DNA from: Candidatus Wolframiiraptor sinensis
Lineage (GTDB): Archaea > Thermoproteota > Nitrososphaeria_A > Caldarchaeales > Wolframiiraptoraceae
Length of the DNA stretch: 31,238 bases
Reading direction: 5' to 3'
Assembly (NCBI GenBank): GCA_023261815.1
Contig: JALNKA010000012.1
Coordinates: 1 to 31,238, forward strand
The notes under the pieces were generated by a model. The model did not search any database. It had not been told where the DNA came from and worked only from the letters and a program-made list of their open reading frames with translations. Shown piece after piece: positions 8,560 through 19,638 of this stretch (position 1 is the first letter of the stretch; each line of letters starts with the position of its first letter). The translations under genes and the position numbers were made by a program.

Positions 8560-9408
8560 TCACCTCACAAATCCCATCGTTAATCCTCTGATTATGTATT
8601 TTTGGATCGCGATCGCCAGCACTATTACCGGGAGCGAGATTACTACTCCGGCCGCGGCTAATGGCCCCCAGAGGATGCCATACTGGTTGGAGAAGTAAGC
8701 GGCGAAGACCGTTAAGGGCATGGCTGCCTCTCCGGGAGCTAATAGCAGTGGGATCAGAAACTCGGCCCAGCTGAACAGGAACGCGAAGATAGCCGCTGTG
8801 GCGAGGCCGCCCGCCGCCTGCGGCAAGACTATCTTGTGGAATACTTCCCACTCGCTGCATCCATCCAGCATCGCCGCCTCCTCAGTCTCTTTTGGAATAT
8901 TCTTGAGCGGGCCTATCATGAACCACGTGGTTATTGGGAGAGTTACTATGGGGTAAACCAGTATGAGCCCTCCTATCGTGTTATATAGGCCTATGGCCCT
9001 TGTTAATACCACGAGCGGGTAAAGTATTGCGACCGCCGGGATCATTCTTAAGCTGAGGATCCAGTTGGCGAAAAGAGTCCCGCCCGCGCGGAATCTGACT
9101 ATCGCGTAGGCGGTCATAGCGCCGAGTATGCTGGTGATCAGCGCTATGCAGATTGATACTATCAAGCTGTTCATCAGGTATCTGCCTATGGGCGGGAAGT
9201 GCCCCCTGACACCGTAAATCCCTCCGGTGACGAGCACCTCGAAATAGTTCTTGAGCGTGGGATCGCGCGGCAGAAGTTCCGCGGTCGCCCACTCACCTAT
9301 CGGCTTGAATGAGGTTGAGATCATCCAGATGAACGGCGTCAGGTATAATATGACTATCAGCCAGCATACAAGGGTGCTCACAATGGTGAGTAGATGAGCC
9401 CTCTTCAT
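8560..9408 (-). CDS. Carbohydrate ABC transporter permease (MalG-like)
   Basis: PFIWMISTSFK, NSLIVS and the EAA loop EEAAMLDGCS; 6 TM helices. Confidence 0.9.
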   Translation of the reverse strand: MKRAHLLTIVSTLVCWLIVILYLTPFIWMISTSFKPIGEWATAELLPRDPTLKNYFEVLVTGGIYGVRGHFPPIGRYLMNSLIVSICIALITSILGAMTAYAIVRFRAGGTLFANWILSLRMIPAVAILYPLVVLTRAIGLYNTIGGLILVYPIVTLPITTWFMIGPLKNIPKETEEAAMLDGCSEWEVFHKIVLPQAAGGLATAAIFAFLFSWAEFLIPLLLAPGEAAMPLTVFAAYFSNQYGILWGPLAAAGVVISLPVIVLAIAIQKYIIRGLTMGFVR

Positions 9409-9412
9409 GCCA

Positions 9413-9910
9413 TCACCCCCATATCAGCCTTTCAATCTTGAAGGTCCTCATCAAAGTGAATATCACTAGAATCGTTGCCATCACGAGTAGGATCACTGAG
9501 AGCAGCGCGGCGTATCCTATGTTCGCCTTAGCCGCCGTCAGCGTAAACCCGACCTTGTAGATGTAGAAGGGGAGCGTCGTGGTAACGTTTCCAGGCCCAC
9601 CGAAGGTCAGCATGTAGATTATATCGAATATCCTGAGGGAGTCTATTAGCCTTAGAAGCGCGATGACCATTATGACGCTCCTCACCATCGGCAGCGTTAT
9701 GTGCCTTAGTATCTTCCACTCGCTTGCCCCATCTATGGAGGCGGCTTCCCGTATGTCGGCGGGGACGCTCTCTATTCCGCTAGCGACGGCGAGCATAACA
9801 TACGGCGTCCACTGCCATATATCGAGTATCGCTAGTGTGAAGATAACGTTGAAGGGGTCGCCGAATGGCGCGCTAAGCCAGGGTTGTGGAGGTATTCCGA
9901 AGAGGATTTC
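9413..9910 (-). pseudogene. Carbohydrate ABC permease (MalF-like), N-terminal half missing
   Basis: PWLS...DIWQWTPYVML, EAASIDGAS and FDIIYMLTFGGP. Similarity ends at ~9910, where it runs head-to-head into the solute-binding protein gene. Confidence 0.8.
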
Positions 9911-11187
9911 ATGAAGAAATACCCGAACATCGAGGTTGAGACCCTGCTATTCGACTGGGAAACCGGCAGGGATAGGCAGCTTCACGAGTTCGCGACTCGC
10001 GCCGGCGAATATGATGTCGTTATGTGGGACTGCATCTACACGGGCGCCTTCGCGCCCCACTGCTACCCGATAGACGAGTTGAGGGCAAAGTATCCCGATG
10101 CGGAGATCTTCACGGAATATGGAGACTTCCTTCCGACAATTGATAGAAGGTATATGCAGTGGGAGGGAAAGAAGATCGGATATGTAATCTGCGCTAACGT
10201 AATGGCGATGTTCTATAGGAAAGATCTCTGGCAAGATCCGAGGATCAAGGACATGTATAGCAAGTGGATAGATAAGAATCTGGCGGACCTGCAAGCTAAG
10301 GCGCCTGAGATAGGCCTTGACCCGAAGAAGATACCAACGGAGCTCAAGGTTCCAACGGTTTTGGAGGATGTCTACGCGATTGGCAGATTCTTCACGAAGA
10401 AATTCAACCCGGATTCACCGGTCGAGGCCGGAAACACAATAATGGCGATGAGGACGCACACCATTCACTGGGAGTACGCTTGGCTATTCGCCCAGTGGAG
10501 GAACTCGCCCGAGGGCAAGAGAGTATGCGGCGAGCTTAAGGAGCCTTGGGGAGGGCCTTCACGCAGGATGGCAGAATAGCATTCGACCCCGCTATAACCG
10601 ATATGGGAATAAGGGTGCTGAAGATGTTTAAGGAGTTCTGCGAATACGTGCCCAACGCGATGCAGACCGAGTGGTCCGAGTGCATGGAGCTCCTCGGCAG
10701 AGGCCGCGCCGCAATGTGGGCGGGATCCTGGGCTTCAACATTCATAGACTTCATCGAGAAAGCTCCAGAAGAGTATCCTGAGGTTGCTGGGAAGATCGCG
10801 GCAGCGCCGACTCCGGGAGTCCCGATCGACGGGACCTGGCAGGTGGGCGTTAATAGGTACTCGAAGAATCCGAAGGAGGCTTGGCTATTCTGTCAATACC
10901 TAGTGCTCCGCGAATCCGCGATAAAGCAGTGGAAGGTCTCCTCGTCGTTCCCAGGCCGCCGCTCGGTGATCGAGGAGCTGGCGCCGCAGTATCCGGGAAT
11001 ATTCAAGGAGGTATTCCTAGACTCGTTGCTTAGGGCGGACTTCAGGAATTATGTTCCGGAGAACCCGATGCTCGAGGACTCGATAGCCAAGTGGGTTACG
11101 GAGTACGTCGCTGGCAGAATCGACGCCGAGACCGCAATACATGAGCTGACGAAAGAGTGGAAGTCCATCCTCAGGCTCTCCTACTAA
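9899..11187 (+). pseudogene. Sugar ABC extracellular solute-binding protein, signal/N-terminus missing, frameshift at ~10550
   Basis: FMKKYPNIEV, YDVV and MFYRKDL in ORF 9884-10579; GRAAMW and SKNPKEAWLFCQYL in ORF 10546-11187. One G is missing from a G-run (TGG GG- AGG GCC). No signal peptide. Confidence 0.8.
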
Positions 11188-11250
11188 TCATCCCCTCCCA
11201 TCTTTTTTCTTGAGCTTAGATTAAATATGCCTTATCGGCAGGCTTAATTA

Positions 11251-12051
11251 TTGAGGTTGAAATTTATTCTCGGGTGGCCTGCTCTACTGGTTGAGAAGCC
11301 TACTAGATCATTGATAGTCGCTGATGTTCATTTCGGTTTTGAGGCGGAGCTTGCGGGGAGTGGCATCAGGGTTCCTAGCCAAGCTTGGAGGCTCGAGAGA
11401 AGCCTTATCGAGCTTTGTGAGGAGGCGGGCGCTGAGAAGCTGATATTCCTGGGAGACCTTAAGCACATGATCCCGCTGTCCTCTTGGATCGAGTGGAGGG
11501 AGATGCCCGAGGCGATCCGGAGGATGCGCGAGCTCGGCGTCGAGCTAATACTAATTCCCGGAAACCATGATGGCGGCGTGGATGATATTCTGGGAGACCT
11601 GGTCTCCTATCAATCCTCGAGGGGGATGCTCATCGAGGGAGGGCGAAGGATATTCCTGTTTCACGGTCATGCCTGGCCTGATGAGCGCGTCCTCGATGCC
11701 GACGTCATAGTGATGGGCCATCTTCACCCTGTCGTGAGCCTGAGAACCGACATAGGCTCCATCATAAGTAGGAAGGTGTGGCTTTATGCTAGCGGAGATA
11801 AGAAGATGCTCGCCGAGAAGCTCGGAGTAAGCAGCAGGAGAAGGGGCAGGATAGACTTGATAGTGATGCCAGCCTTCAACCCCATAGTATCCGGGTTATC
11901 CGTGAACAGTCTCCAGCCTCGGGAGAGGCTCTGGCCGCTGGTGAGAAGCGGAGCCTTCGACCTAGATAAAGCTGAGGCGATAACGCTCGAGGGCGAGCGC
12001 CTCGGATATATAGGATACCTGAGAAGGCTTTTACTGGAGCGGGAGGCTTGA
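11251..12051 (+). CDS. Calcineurin-like metallophosphoesterase (COG1407-type)
   Basis: Motifs ADVHFG, LGDLKH, PGNHD, FHGH, MGHLHP and MPAFN. Confidence 0.88.
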   Translation: MRLKFILGWPALLVEKPTRSLIVADVHFGFEAELAGSGIRVPSQAWRLERSLIELCEEAGAEKLIFLGDLKHMIPLSSWIEWREMPEAIRRMRELGVELILIPGNHDGGVDDILGDLVSYQSSRGMLIEGGRRIFLFHGHAWPDERVLDADVIVMGHLHPVVSLRTDIGSIISRKVWLYASGDKKMLAEKLGVSSRRRGRIDLIVMPAFNPIVSGLSVNSLQPRERLWPLVRSGAFDLDKAEAITLEGERLGYIGYLRRLLLEREA

Positions 12052-12374
12052 CGAGCATCCTGGTAGAGGCTGAGAACGCGGTGAGAGCTGGCAGGGTGAG
12101 GCTGCACATCTTCAAGCCGAGCGAAAGGAGTAGGTGGGTAGTCGTCGGGAGGCATGGGGAGTATCTTGTTCTCCCCGAGGCCGGCTACTGCTCATGCCCC
12201 GACTTCTTCTTCAGGGTCATGAGCGGCGAGAAGTCCACCTGCTATCACCTAGTAGCCGTGAAGCTCGCAATCGAGAGAAATCAATTCAAGATCATGGAGA
12301 TGGATGATGCCGAGCACGATCAGCTCATGGAGCGCTGGCTCAGAGGTGAAGTCTCCTCGGAAAAAGGAGCATGA
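12048..12374 (+). CDS. SWIM zinc-finger protein
   Basis: CSCPDF...CYH motif; the start overlaps the upstream stop codon. Confidence 0.8.
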   Translation: MTSILVEAENAVRAGRVRLHIFKPSERSRWVVVGRHGEYLVLPEAGYCSCPDFFFRVMSGEKSTCYHLVAVKLAIERNQFKIMEMDDAEHDQLMERWLRGEVSSEKGA

Positions 12375-12428
12375 GATCCTGCTCGAGCCATATAAATCAG
12401 CTACAGGAAAAATGCGGGAGCTCTATGC

Positions 12429-12472
12429 TACGCGGGGCCCCTCTCGCATCCCCTCTGAAGCGCCCCCAGACG
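12429..12472 (-). other. 3' strand of the pre-16S processing stem with BHB motif (pairs with 13991-14034)
   Basis: Trailer GGGG-A-UGCG-AGA-GGGGCCCCGCGUA pairs with leader UACGCGGGGCCCC-CGCA-AGA-C-CCCC: a 4-bp helix between two AGA bulges. Confidence 0.85.
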
Positions 12473-12494
12473 GGGGAGTACGGAAATTGGCGGT

Positions 12495-13987
<1,493 letters not shown>

Positions 13988-13990
13988 CGC

Positions 13991-14034
13991 CGCCTGGGGT
14001 GCGCTTCTCGGGGGTCTTGCGGGGGCCCCGCGTA
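13991..14034 (-). other. 5' strand of the pre-16S processing stem with BHB motif
   Basis: Complementary to 12429-12472 over about 35 bp. Confidence 0.85.
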
Positions 14035-14375
14035 AGACCTAAGCGTGATCATGTGCTTAGGTCCCCATTTTGTAACTGGCGGAGGAGGCCGCCCACACAT
14101 TGGCAGGCCGGGTAGCGGCCCGAGGCGTTCGTGGGCGGTACCGCCGTCGCCGCCAGCCAACAATATGTAATGGGCTCCTTGGATAAAAACTTGTCGCATC
14201 CTCTCCAGCCCAGCCGCCCGCAGATCTCGAGACCCCGGAGCATGAGCCCCAGAATAAAGCCGCCCCCGGAAATACGCTATTAATCCGTGGATAAATACTG
14301 CTTAAATGCCCGAGTATGACTGAGAATATAATTTCTGCGAAAGCCTTATCCACCTCCCATTTCCTACTAGGAATC

Positions 14376-14592
14376 GAGGTCGGCCGGAAGAGGAGAGCGC
14401 GTCCATAGAGGAGGGCTGCCGGGGGGTGCCCCGGAAAGCCGTCCTCATGGAGCACCGCGTGCCAGCCCGTGAGCGCCGCGCAAGCGGTCCCCGAAGGCCA
14501 TGCATGCGGTGTGGCTGAAGGGGTGTCCCACCTCGGGGAAAAGCTCACGTGGTGGGATGCTCACAAGCCACGCGCCTCCGAAGGCCGGCCTC
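14376..14592 (+). ncRNA. Unclassified highly structured candidate ncRNA (~217 nt)
   Basis: Terminal 10-bp stem, three long internal helices, a GCAA tetraloop and two 7-bp long-range pairings. G-U pairs favour the + strand. BRE/TATA-like CGAAAGCCTTATC at ~14338-14350 and a T-rich tract at 14597-14609. Confidence 0.7.
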
Positions 14593-15252
14593 AACGTATT
14601 TTCTTATTTGCTGGAGGCTTGGGCAGAGGTCGCCATATTTCTCCAAGTATTTTCTCGGGCTCAGCCTCATTACTTCCAGCAGATCAACGTTTATCACGTA
14701 TATCGCGTGAAGCCTCATCTTCGAGAGCTTCTCGACTGCGATCTCCGGCGTCTTGTAATACTGGTCACAGAGGCTTTTGAGGAGCTGGATCTCAGCGGGC
14801 TTCCGAGCGCTCGCCGGCTTTAGCAGCGTTCTAGGTATCTGGAGTATGTTGTGGGCTGGAGTCGCTAGGCTGAACCTATCGGCGTGGGGGCTGTATCTCG
14901 CGATCTTGCTTATGGCCCTTGCAGCGAGGTATGCCTGCGGGTCCAGGGCGTTCTCGGGCGACGTGAAGCCGGTCTCGACCTCGATTATCATGCTCTCTCC
15001 ATTTCTCCATGCGATCACGTCGGCCACGAGGTCGTTGGCGAGCGGGTGCTCGAGCTCAACCCTATAGCCCTTGCTCGCGAGATATGCCGCGAGAACATAC
15101 TCCATTATCGAGTGGTTGATCTTTATCCGGTTCTCCCCGTGAAGCGTTATCAGCCTCTCAGCTATCTCGCCGATCCTCCGCCGGATTCCCGGGCCATACC
15201 TTTCCTCGAGAAGCCTTTGAACGGTTCTCACATCCTCCTCGAAGGGATCCAT
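14545..15252 (-). CDS. Conserved hypothetical protein, probable PD-(D/E)XK nuclease-like fold
   Basis: GYRVELE...VADV...IIEVETG pattern. INHSIME and SKIARYS resemble a TACK-conserved family (from recollection, not searched). Confidence 0.65.
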   Translation of the reverse strand: MDPFEEDVRTVQRLLEERYGPGIRRRIGEIAERLITLHGENRIKINHSIMEYVLAAYLASKGYRVELEHPLANDLVADVIAWRNGESMIIEVETGFTSPENALDPQAYLAARAISKIARYSPHADRFSLATPAHNILQIPRTLLKPASARKPAEIQLLKSLCDQYYKTPEIAVEKLSKMRLHAIYVINVDLLEVMRLSPRKYLEKYGDLCPSLQQIRKYVEAGLRRRVACEHPTT

Positions 15253-15328
15253 CTTGAAGCCGGAACGGTGTGGGAGATATTAACCATAGCGCGGCTGACG
15301 CGGCGGCGTGGGAGATGATTCGAGCGGC

Positions 15329-16477
15329 TTACTCGGGTGTGGCCATGATTATGAAGGCGTTGAGCCTCCCATACATTATCTGCCTCCTCGACTCGACGAT
15401 GTATCCGGCGGACTCGAGCGCTCTTCCGAAGATCGTTGGCTTCGAGACTATCGCGGTCAGCCTGGCATCTGGCGCGGCATCACGTATCGAGGCGCAAATC
15501 TTTTGATAGAACTCCTCTATCCTCCTGACGCCCATTCTCACTCCATAGGGAGGATTCATCAAGACGTGGCTCGGCCTCTCATCTAGCCACTCATCTAGCC
15601 TCAGCGCATCTCCGACGACGAGCTTGATCGCGCTCAGCACTCCAGCGGCCTCGGCGTTCGCGATGGCGCCTCTAATGCTCTTCGGCGAGGCATCTGAGCC
15701 GATGATCCTCGGCCTGAACTCGAGGTCGGCCTTGGCTTCAAGCTCCTCCGCAATCTCCTGAATTCTCTCTCTATTCAAGAACTTGAGCCTGCTGGCGGCG
15801 AGATCGTGGAGCCTTCTCGCTCCTGGAGGCATTCTCAGCGCGATTAGGGCGGCCTCAATCGGTATTGTTCCTCCGCCGCACATGGGGTCTAGGAGCGCCT
15901 CCTCCCTCCTCCACCCCGAGAGCATCAGCATGCTCGCCGCTATGCTTGGCTGGAGCGCGGCCCTATGATGATAAACCCTGTAATATCTCCTGTGAAGGGA
16001 TTTTCCGGTGGTATCGAGGCCTATCAGCAACTCCGAGTCCCTGATCAGGCAGTAGAGCTGGACATCGGGGTTATCCAGGTTCACTCTGAGCCTCGTTCCC
16101 GTCTTCTCCCTGAAGCTCTCTATCACTGCCCTGCCCACAGCCGCCGCCATATCCATGCTCGTGAAAGGCTTATCCTTCGAGTGCCTCTCACCCTTGACCG
16201 CAAACGTCTGATCTGCTCCAATGAACTCCGCGTAATCCACTTCCCTCGCGGCTCGATAAACATCATCCAGGACCTCGGCGCTCGACTTGGAGATGAGCAC
16301 GAAGATCCTGTGAAGAGTCCTGGACGCGAGGTTCAGCCTTATTATGCCGTCCTCGTCGGTCTCGAAAAAGATCTTGCCGACATCCGGCCTGGCCTCGGTC
16401 CCGAGTATCTCACCGCATTCCCGCGCCGCGACATCCTCGAGCCCCATAATGGTTGTGGCGAAGCATTTGAATCTCAA
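15329..16477 (-). CDS. trm14: THUMP-domain tRNA (guanine-N2) methyltransferase, Trm14-like
   Basis: GLEDVAARE, THUMP region, SLHRRYYR, LLDPMCGGGTIPIEAA and NPPYG. Confidence 0.82.
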   Translation of the reverse strand: MRFKCFATTIMGLEDVAARECGEILGTEARPDVGKIFFETDEDGIIRLNLASRTLHRIFVLISKSSAEVLDDVYRAAREVDYAEFIGADQTFAVKGERHSKDKPFTSMDMAAAVGRAVIESFREKTGTRLRVNLDNPDVQLYCLIRDSELLIGLDTTGKSLHRRYYRVYHHRAALQPSIAASMLMLSGWRREEALLDPMCGGGTIPIEAALIALRMPPGARRLHDLAASRLKFLNRERIQEIAEELEAKADLEFRPRIIGSDASPKSIRGAIANAEAAGVLSAIKLVVGDALRLDEWLDERPSHVLMNPPYGVRMGVRRIEEFYQKICASIRDAAPDARLTAIVSKPTIFGRALESAGYIVESRRQIMYGRLNAFIIMATPE

Positions 16478-16496
16478 GCGCGCCGCCCCACCTCAT

Positions 16497-17648
16497 CTAG
16501 ATCTTTATCTCGACGATATCTCCATCCTCGAGAACGTGATCCGGCCCAACCCTCTGGCCCTGAACCTTGACGGATCTTCCCCAGACCCTCGCGTACTTCA
16601 TCCTCTCCGCAAAGTCCTTGTGAATCACTTCTGCGAGATCCTTAACTGTGGAGTTTCTCGGAAGTATTATCGGCTTATCCGAGGTGGCGCCGGCCTTCCT
16701 AGTGTATATCCTCATCAGATTGAGGGACTCGAATATCGCCTTTCTGAGATCATCTAGGCCCGCGCCCCGCTCGGCCGAGACGGCCACGACCGGGATCTCG
16801 CCGGCAATACTCCTGACATCATCGAGGGCACCCGGAGCCGCTTGATCGATCTTATTTACGGCAATGAGGGCTCTCTTATGGATCATCTCCCTTATCACCG
16901 CCTCCTCGAAGTCCTCTATGCTGGCCTCGCCGCGGACTTTAACCACGGCATTCCTTATCCCGATGGATCTCAGCAGATCCTCCACCTCCTTCACATCGCC
17001 CCTAATACTTCCGAAGACGACGAGCCTTATCCCGCCGCTATCCTTCTTCTCGATCTCTATCTCGCATCTCTTGCGCCTGAAGCTGACTCCAGACTCATCA
17101 TAGATCTCTAGTATCTTCTCGAGCTGGCTCGCTGGATCGCGCGCGCCATTCAGAATGATCAGGATCAGGTCCGCGTTTTTGGAGAAGCCTATCGACCTGT
17201 TCGTGAACTGCGTCTCCTCGAGGTCCTCGGTCAGGATCGCCGGGAGCTCGACGAGCTGGATCTCGACGCCATCGTAGAGCATCATGCCGGGAACCGGCGT
17301 CGTTGTCGTGAGCGGGTAATGCGTGACCTGCGGCCTCGCATTCGTCAGTGCCCTGAGAAGGCTTGACTTACCCGAGTTCGCAGCGCCTATCAAGACCACC
17401 TGAGCAGCACCTTCCTTCGGCACGTGAAAGTAATCTCTTCTAACAGCTCTCAACGAAGCCTTCCGCTCAGCCTCCCTCCTGAGCTCGGCTATCCTCCGCT
17501 TAATTCTCCCCCTAAGCTTCTCGGTCCCCTTATGATCCGGGATGAGGCTGAGAGCCTCCTCAAGCGCCCTAATCTTCTCCTCGATAGTCCTCGCCACCTG
17601 ATACTTCGCAAGCGCCCTCTCGGCCTCGGCCGGCAGGTTTGCGGGCAT
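16497..17648 (-). CDS. DRG/OBG-family GTP-binding protein with TGS domain
   Basis: N-terminal MPANLP, PDHKGTEKL, G1 GAANSGKSS, YPLTT, NKID and TGS motif VLEDGDIVEI. Start trimmed to ATG 17648. Confidence 0.9.
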   Translation of the reverse strand: MPANLPAEAERALAKYQVARTIEEKIRALEEALSLIPDHKGTEKLRGRIKRRIAELRREAERKASLRAVRRDYFHVPKEGAAQVVLIGAANSGKSSLLRALTNARPQVTHYPLTTTTPVPGMMLYDGVEIQLVELPAILTEDLEETQFTNRSIGFSKNADLILIILNGARDPASQLEKILEIYDESGVSFRRKRCEIEIEKKDSGGIRLVVFGSIRGDVKEVEDLLRSIGIRNAVVKVRGEASIEDFEEAVIREMIHKRALIAVNKIDQAAPGALDDVRSIAGEIPVVAVSAERGAGLDDLRKAIFESLNLMRIYTRKAGATSDKPIILPRNSTVKDLAEVIHKDFAERMKYARVWGRSVKVQGQRVGPDHVLEDGDIVEIKI

Positions 17649-17747
17649 TCCCCGAAAATCCTTTACCCCAAGCTCAGCTAATAAATGATCGCGGCGCTCA
17701 TACTTGGACAATCTTTAAGATTCTCGATCGCTCCTCCGGTCTGGGAG

Positions 17748-19628
17748 ATGGGGCTCAGGCGCTTTATTGCTGAGGCTGAGAGGCTTCTTAGATCGGCCGG
17801 AGTCCAAGAGCCATTAGTCCAAGTGAATAGGGATCCGGGCTTCGGCGAGGTCTCTTCGACCGCGGCCTTCCAGCTCGCAAAGAGCCTCGGGAGGAGCCCT
17901 AAGCTGATCGCGGAGGAGATTGCGGCTAGGATAGATGTCTCGAAGTCGGATCTCATCAGCGCCGTCGAGGCAATTAACGGATACGTGAACTTCAAGGCCA
18001 ACTGGATGGAGTATTCCCGGGTGATACTCGAGGAGATTCTCTCGAGCGGCGAGCGGTATGGCTCATCGGGCGCCGGAACTGGAAAGAGGATAATAATCGA
18101 ACACACAAGCGTGAACCCGAATAAGCCGCTTCACGTAGGACACGCGAGAAACGTCTGCATCGGCGACACCCTCGCTAGGCTATACAGGTTCCTCGGATAC
18201 GACGTCCTCGTCCTAAACTACATTGATGATAGCGGGACCCAGATGGCCGACGTAATCCTCGGATTCATGGAGCTCGGATATAGCCTAGACCCGCCTGCTG
18301 AAATGAGATTCGACGAGTACTGCGGCGACGTGGTTTACGTAGAATCGGTCAGGAGGGCGGAATCCGATCCATCCCTGGCCGAGAAGAGGAGGCAGATAAC
18401 GAGGGAGATAGAGTCCGGGAGCGGCAAAGCCTTCGAGCTCAATAGCATGATAGTGCGGAGAGTTTTAATGGATCAGCTTAAGACATGCTGGAGGCTCGGC
18501 GCGAGGTACGACTTGCTGAACATGGAGAGCGACATCCTCGCGTACGGCCTATGGGATGAGGTGTTTGAGAAGCTGAGGGCCGCCGGCGCCGTGTACTTCG
18601 CGGATAGCGGGCCTAAGGCGGGGTGCTGGCTCCTAGATCTCTCAGGTCATCCGGTTCTCTCGAAGGAGGGCGATGAGGTCCTGATAAAGAGCGATGGCAC
18701 GACGACGTACATAGCGAGAGATATAGCATACGCGGCATGGAAGCTCGGAGCATCATCAAAGGACTTCTCATACGAGGTCTTCGGCGAGAACCCGGATGGA
18801 TCGAGGATCTACGCGACGTCGATGAGCGGCGGCGCGAGGATTCCGATCTCAGGCGCTGTCAAGGTGATAAACGTGATAGATGTTAGGCAGAGGAGGCCGC
18901 AGGAGATAGTGAGGTATGCGCTGGGCCTGCTCGGCCTAGATGCCACCAAATACGTCCATTATGGATATGAGGTCGTCGCCCTGAGCAGGAAGGATGCTGA
19001 GAGGCTCGGCTACAGCCCGGAGCCAAGCCAGAAAGTAGTCCACATGAGCGGGAGGAGGGGTCTCTACATTAAGGTGGATCAGCTATTGAACATGCTCAGG
19101 GAGAGGGCGATGAAGGAGGTTCGCGAGAGGCATCCAGACTGGAGCGATGATATGATTTTCGAGACCGGCGAGAAGATAGCCGTGGCCGCGCTCAGATACG
19201 CCCTGATAAGGCAGGACATCGATAAGCTGATAGTAATCGATACGGATGAGATTATGCGGCTCGAGGGCGCTACGGGCCCATACCTGCAATACACTTACGC
19301 GAGGGCTCTTAGGATACTCGAGAAGGCGGGCTCCGAGTTCTCCACAGCCCCCCCGAGCGAGCCCGGCGAGCACGAGAAGACGCTCCTCAGGAAAATGGCC
19401 TATCTGCCGATCCTCCTCGACGAGTTCCATTCAAGCATGCTGATAAAGCCGATCGCCGACTACGCATACGAGCTTGCATCAGAGTTCAACATCTTCTACG
19501 AGAATGTACCTGTTCTGAGGGCCGAGCATGGGGAAAGGGCCTTCAGGCTCGCAATCGTCAAGTCATTCGTAACAGTATTCTCAATAGTGTTGGATCTGCT
19601 CGGCATACCGAGACTCGATTTTATGTGA
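17748..19628 (+). CDS. argS: Arginyl-tRNA synthetase
   Basis: EHTSVNPNKPLHVGHARN, KSDGTTTY, MSGRRG and GPYLQYTYAR. Start trimmed to ATG 17748. Confidence 0.95.
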   Translation: MGLRRFIAEAERLLRSAGVQEPLVQVNRDPGFGEVSSTAAFQLAKSLGRSPKLIAEEIAARIDVSKSDLISAVEAINGYVNFKANWMEYSRVILEEILSSGERYGSSGAGTGKRIIIEHTSVNPNKPLHVGHARNVCIGDTLARLYRFLGYDVLVLNYIDDSGTQMADVILGFMELGYSLDPPAEMRFDEYCGDVVYVESVRRAESDPSLAEKRRQITREIESGSGKAFELNSMIVRRVLMDQLKTCWRLGARYDLLNMESDILAYGLWDEVFEKLRAAGAVYFADSGPKAGCWLLDLSGHPVLSKEGDEVLIKSDGTTTYIARDIAYAAWKLGASSKDFSYEVFGENPDGSRIYATSMSGGARIPISGAVKVINVIDVRQRRPQEIVRYALGLLGLDATKYVHYGYEVVALSRKDAERLGYSPEPSQKVVHMSGRRGLYIKVDQLLNMLRERAMKEVRERHPDWSDDMIFETGEKIAVAALRYALIRQDIDKLIVIDTDEIMRLEGATGPYLQYTYARALRILEKAGSEFSTAPPSEPGEHEKTLLRKMAYLPILLDEFHSSMLIKPIADYAYELASEFNIFYENVPVLRAEHGERAFRLAIVKSFVTVFSIVLDLLGIPRLDFM

Positions 19629-19638
19629 TGCCCCGGCC

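Noticed and set aside
14376-14592. RNase P, SRP, 5S or known-riboswitch identity
   Set aside because: The bulged helix superficially resembles P4, but the bulge is A, P2/P3 are absent and the CR-I/CR-V consensus is missing. No SRP helix 8 motif or 5S consensus is present.
16497-17648. G3 motif ELPA instead of DxxG in the DRG GTPase
   Set aside because: As far as I recall, this is usual for the MPANLP-type archaeal paralog, so it is not treated as novel.
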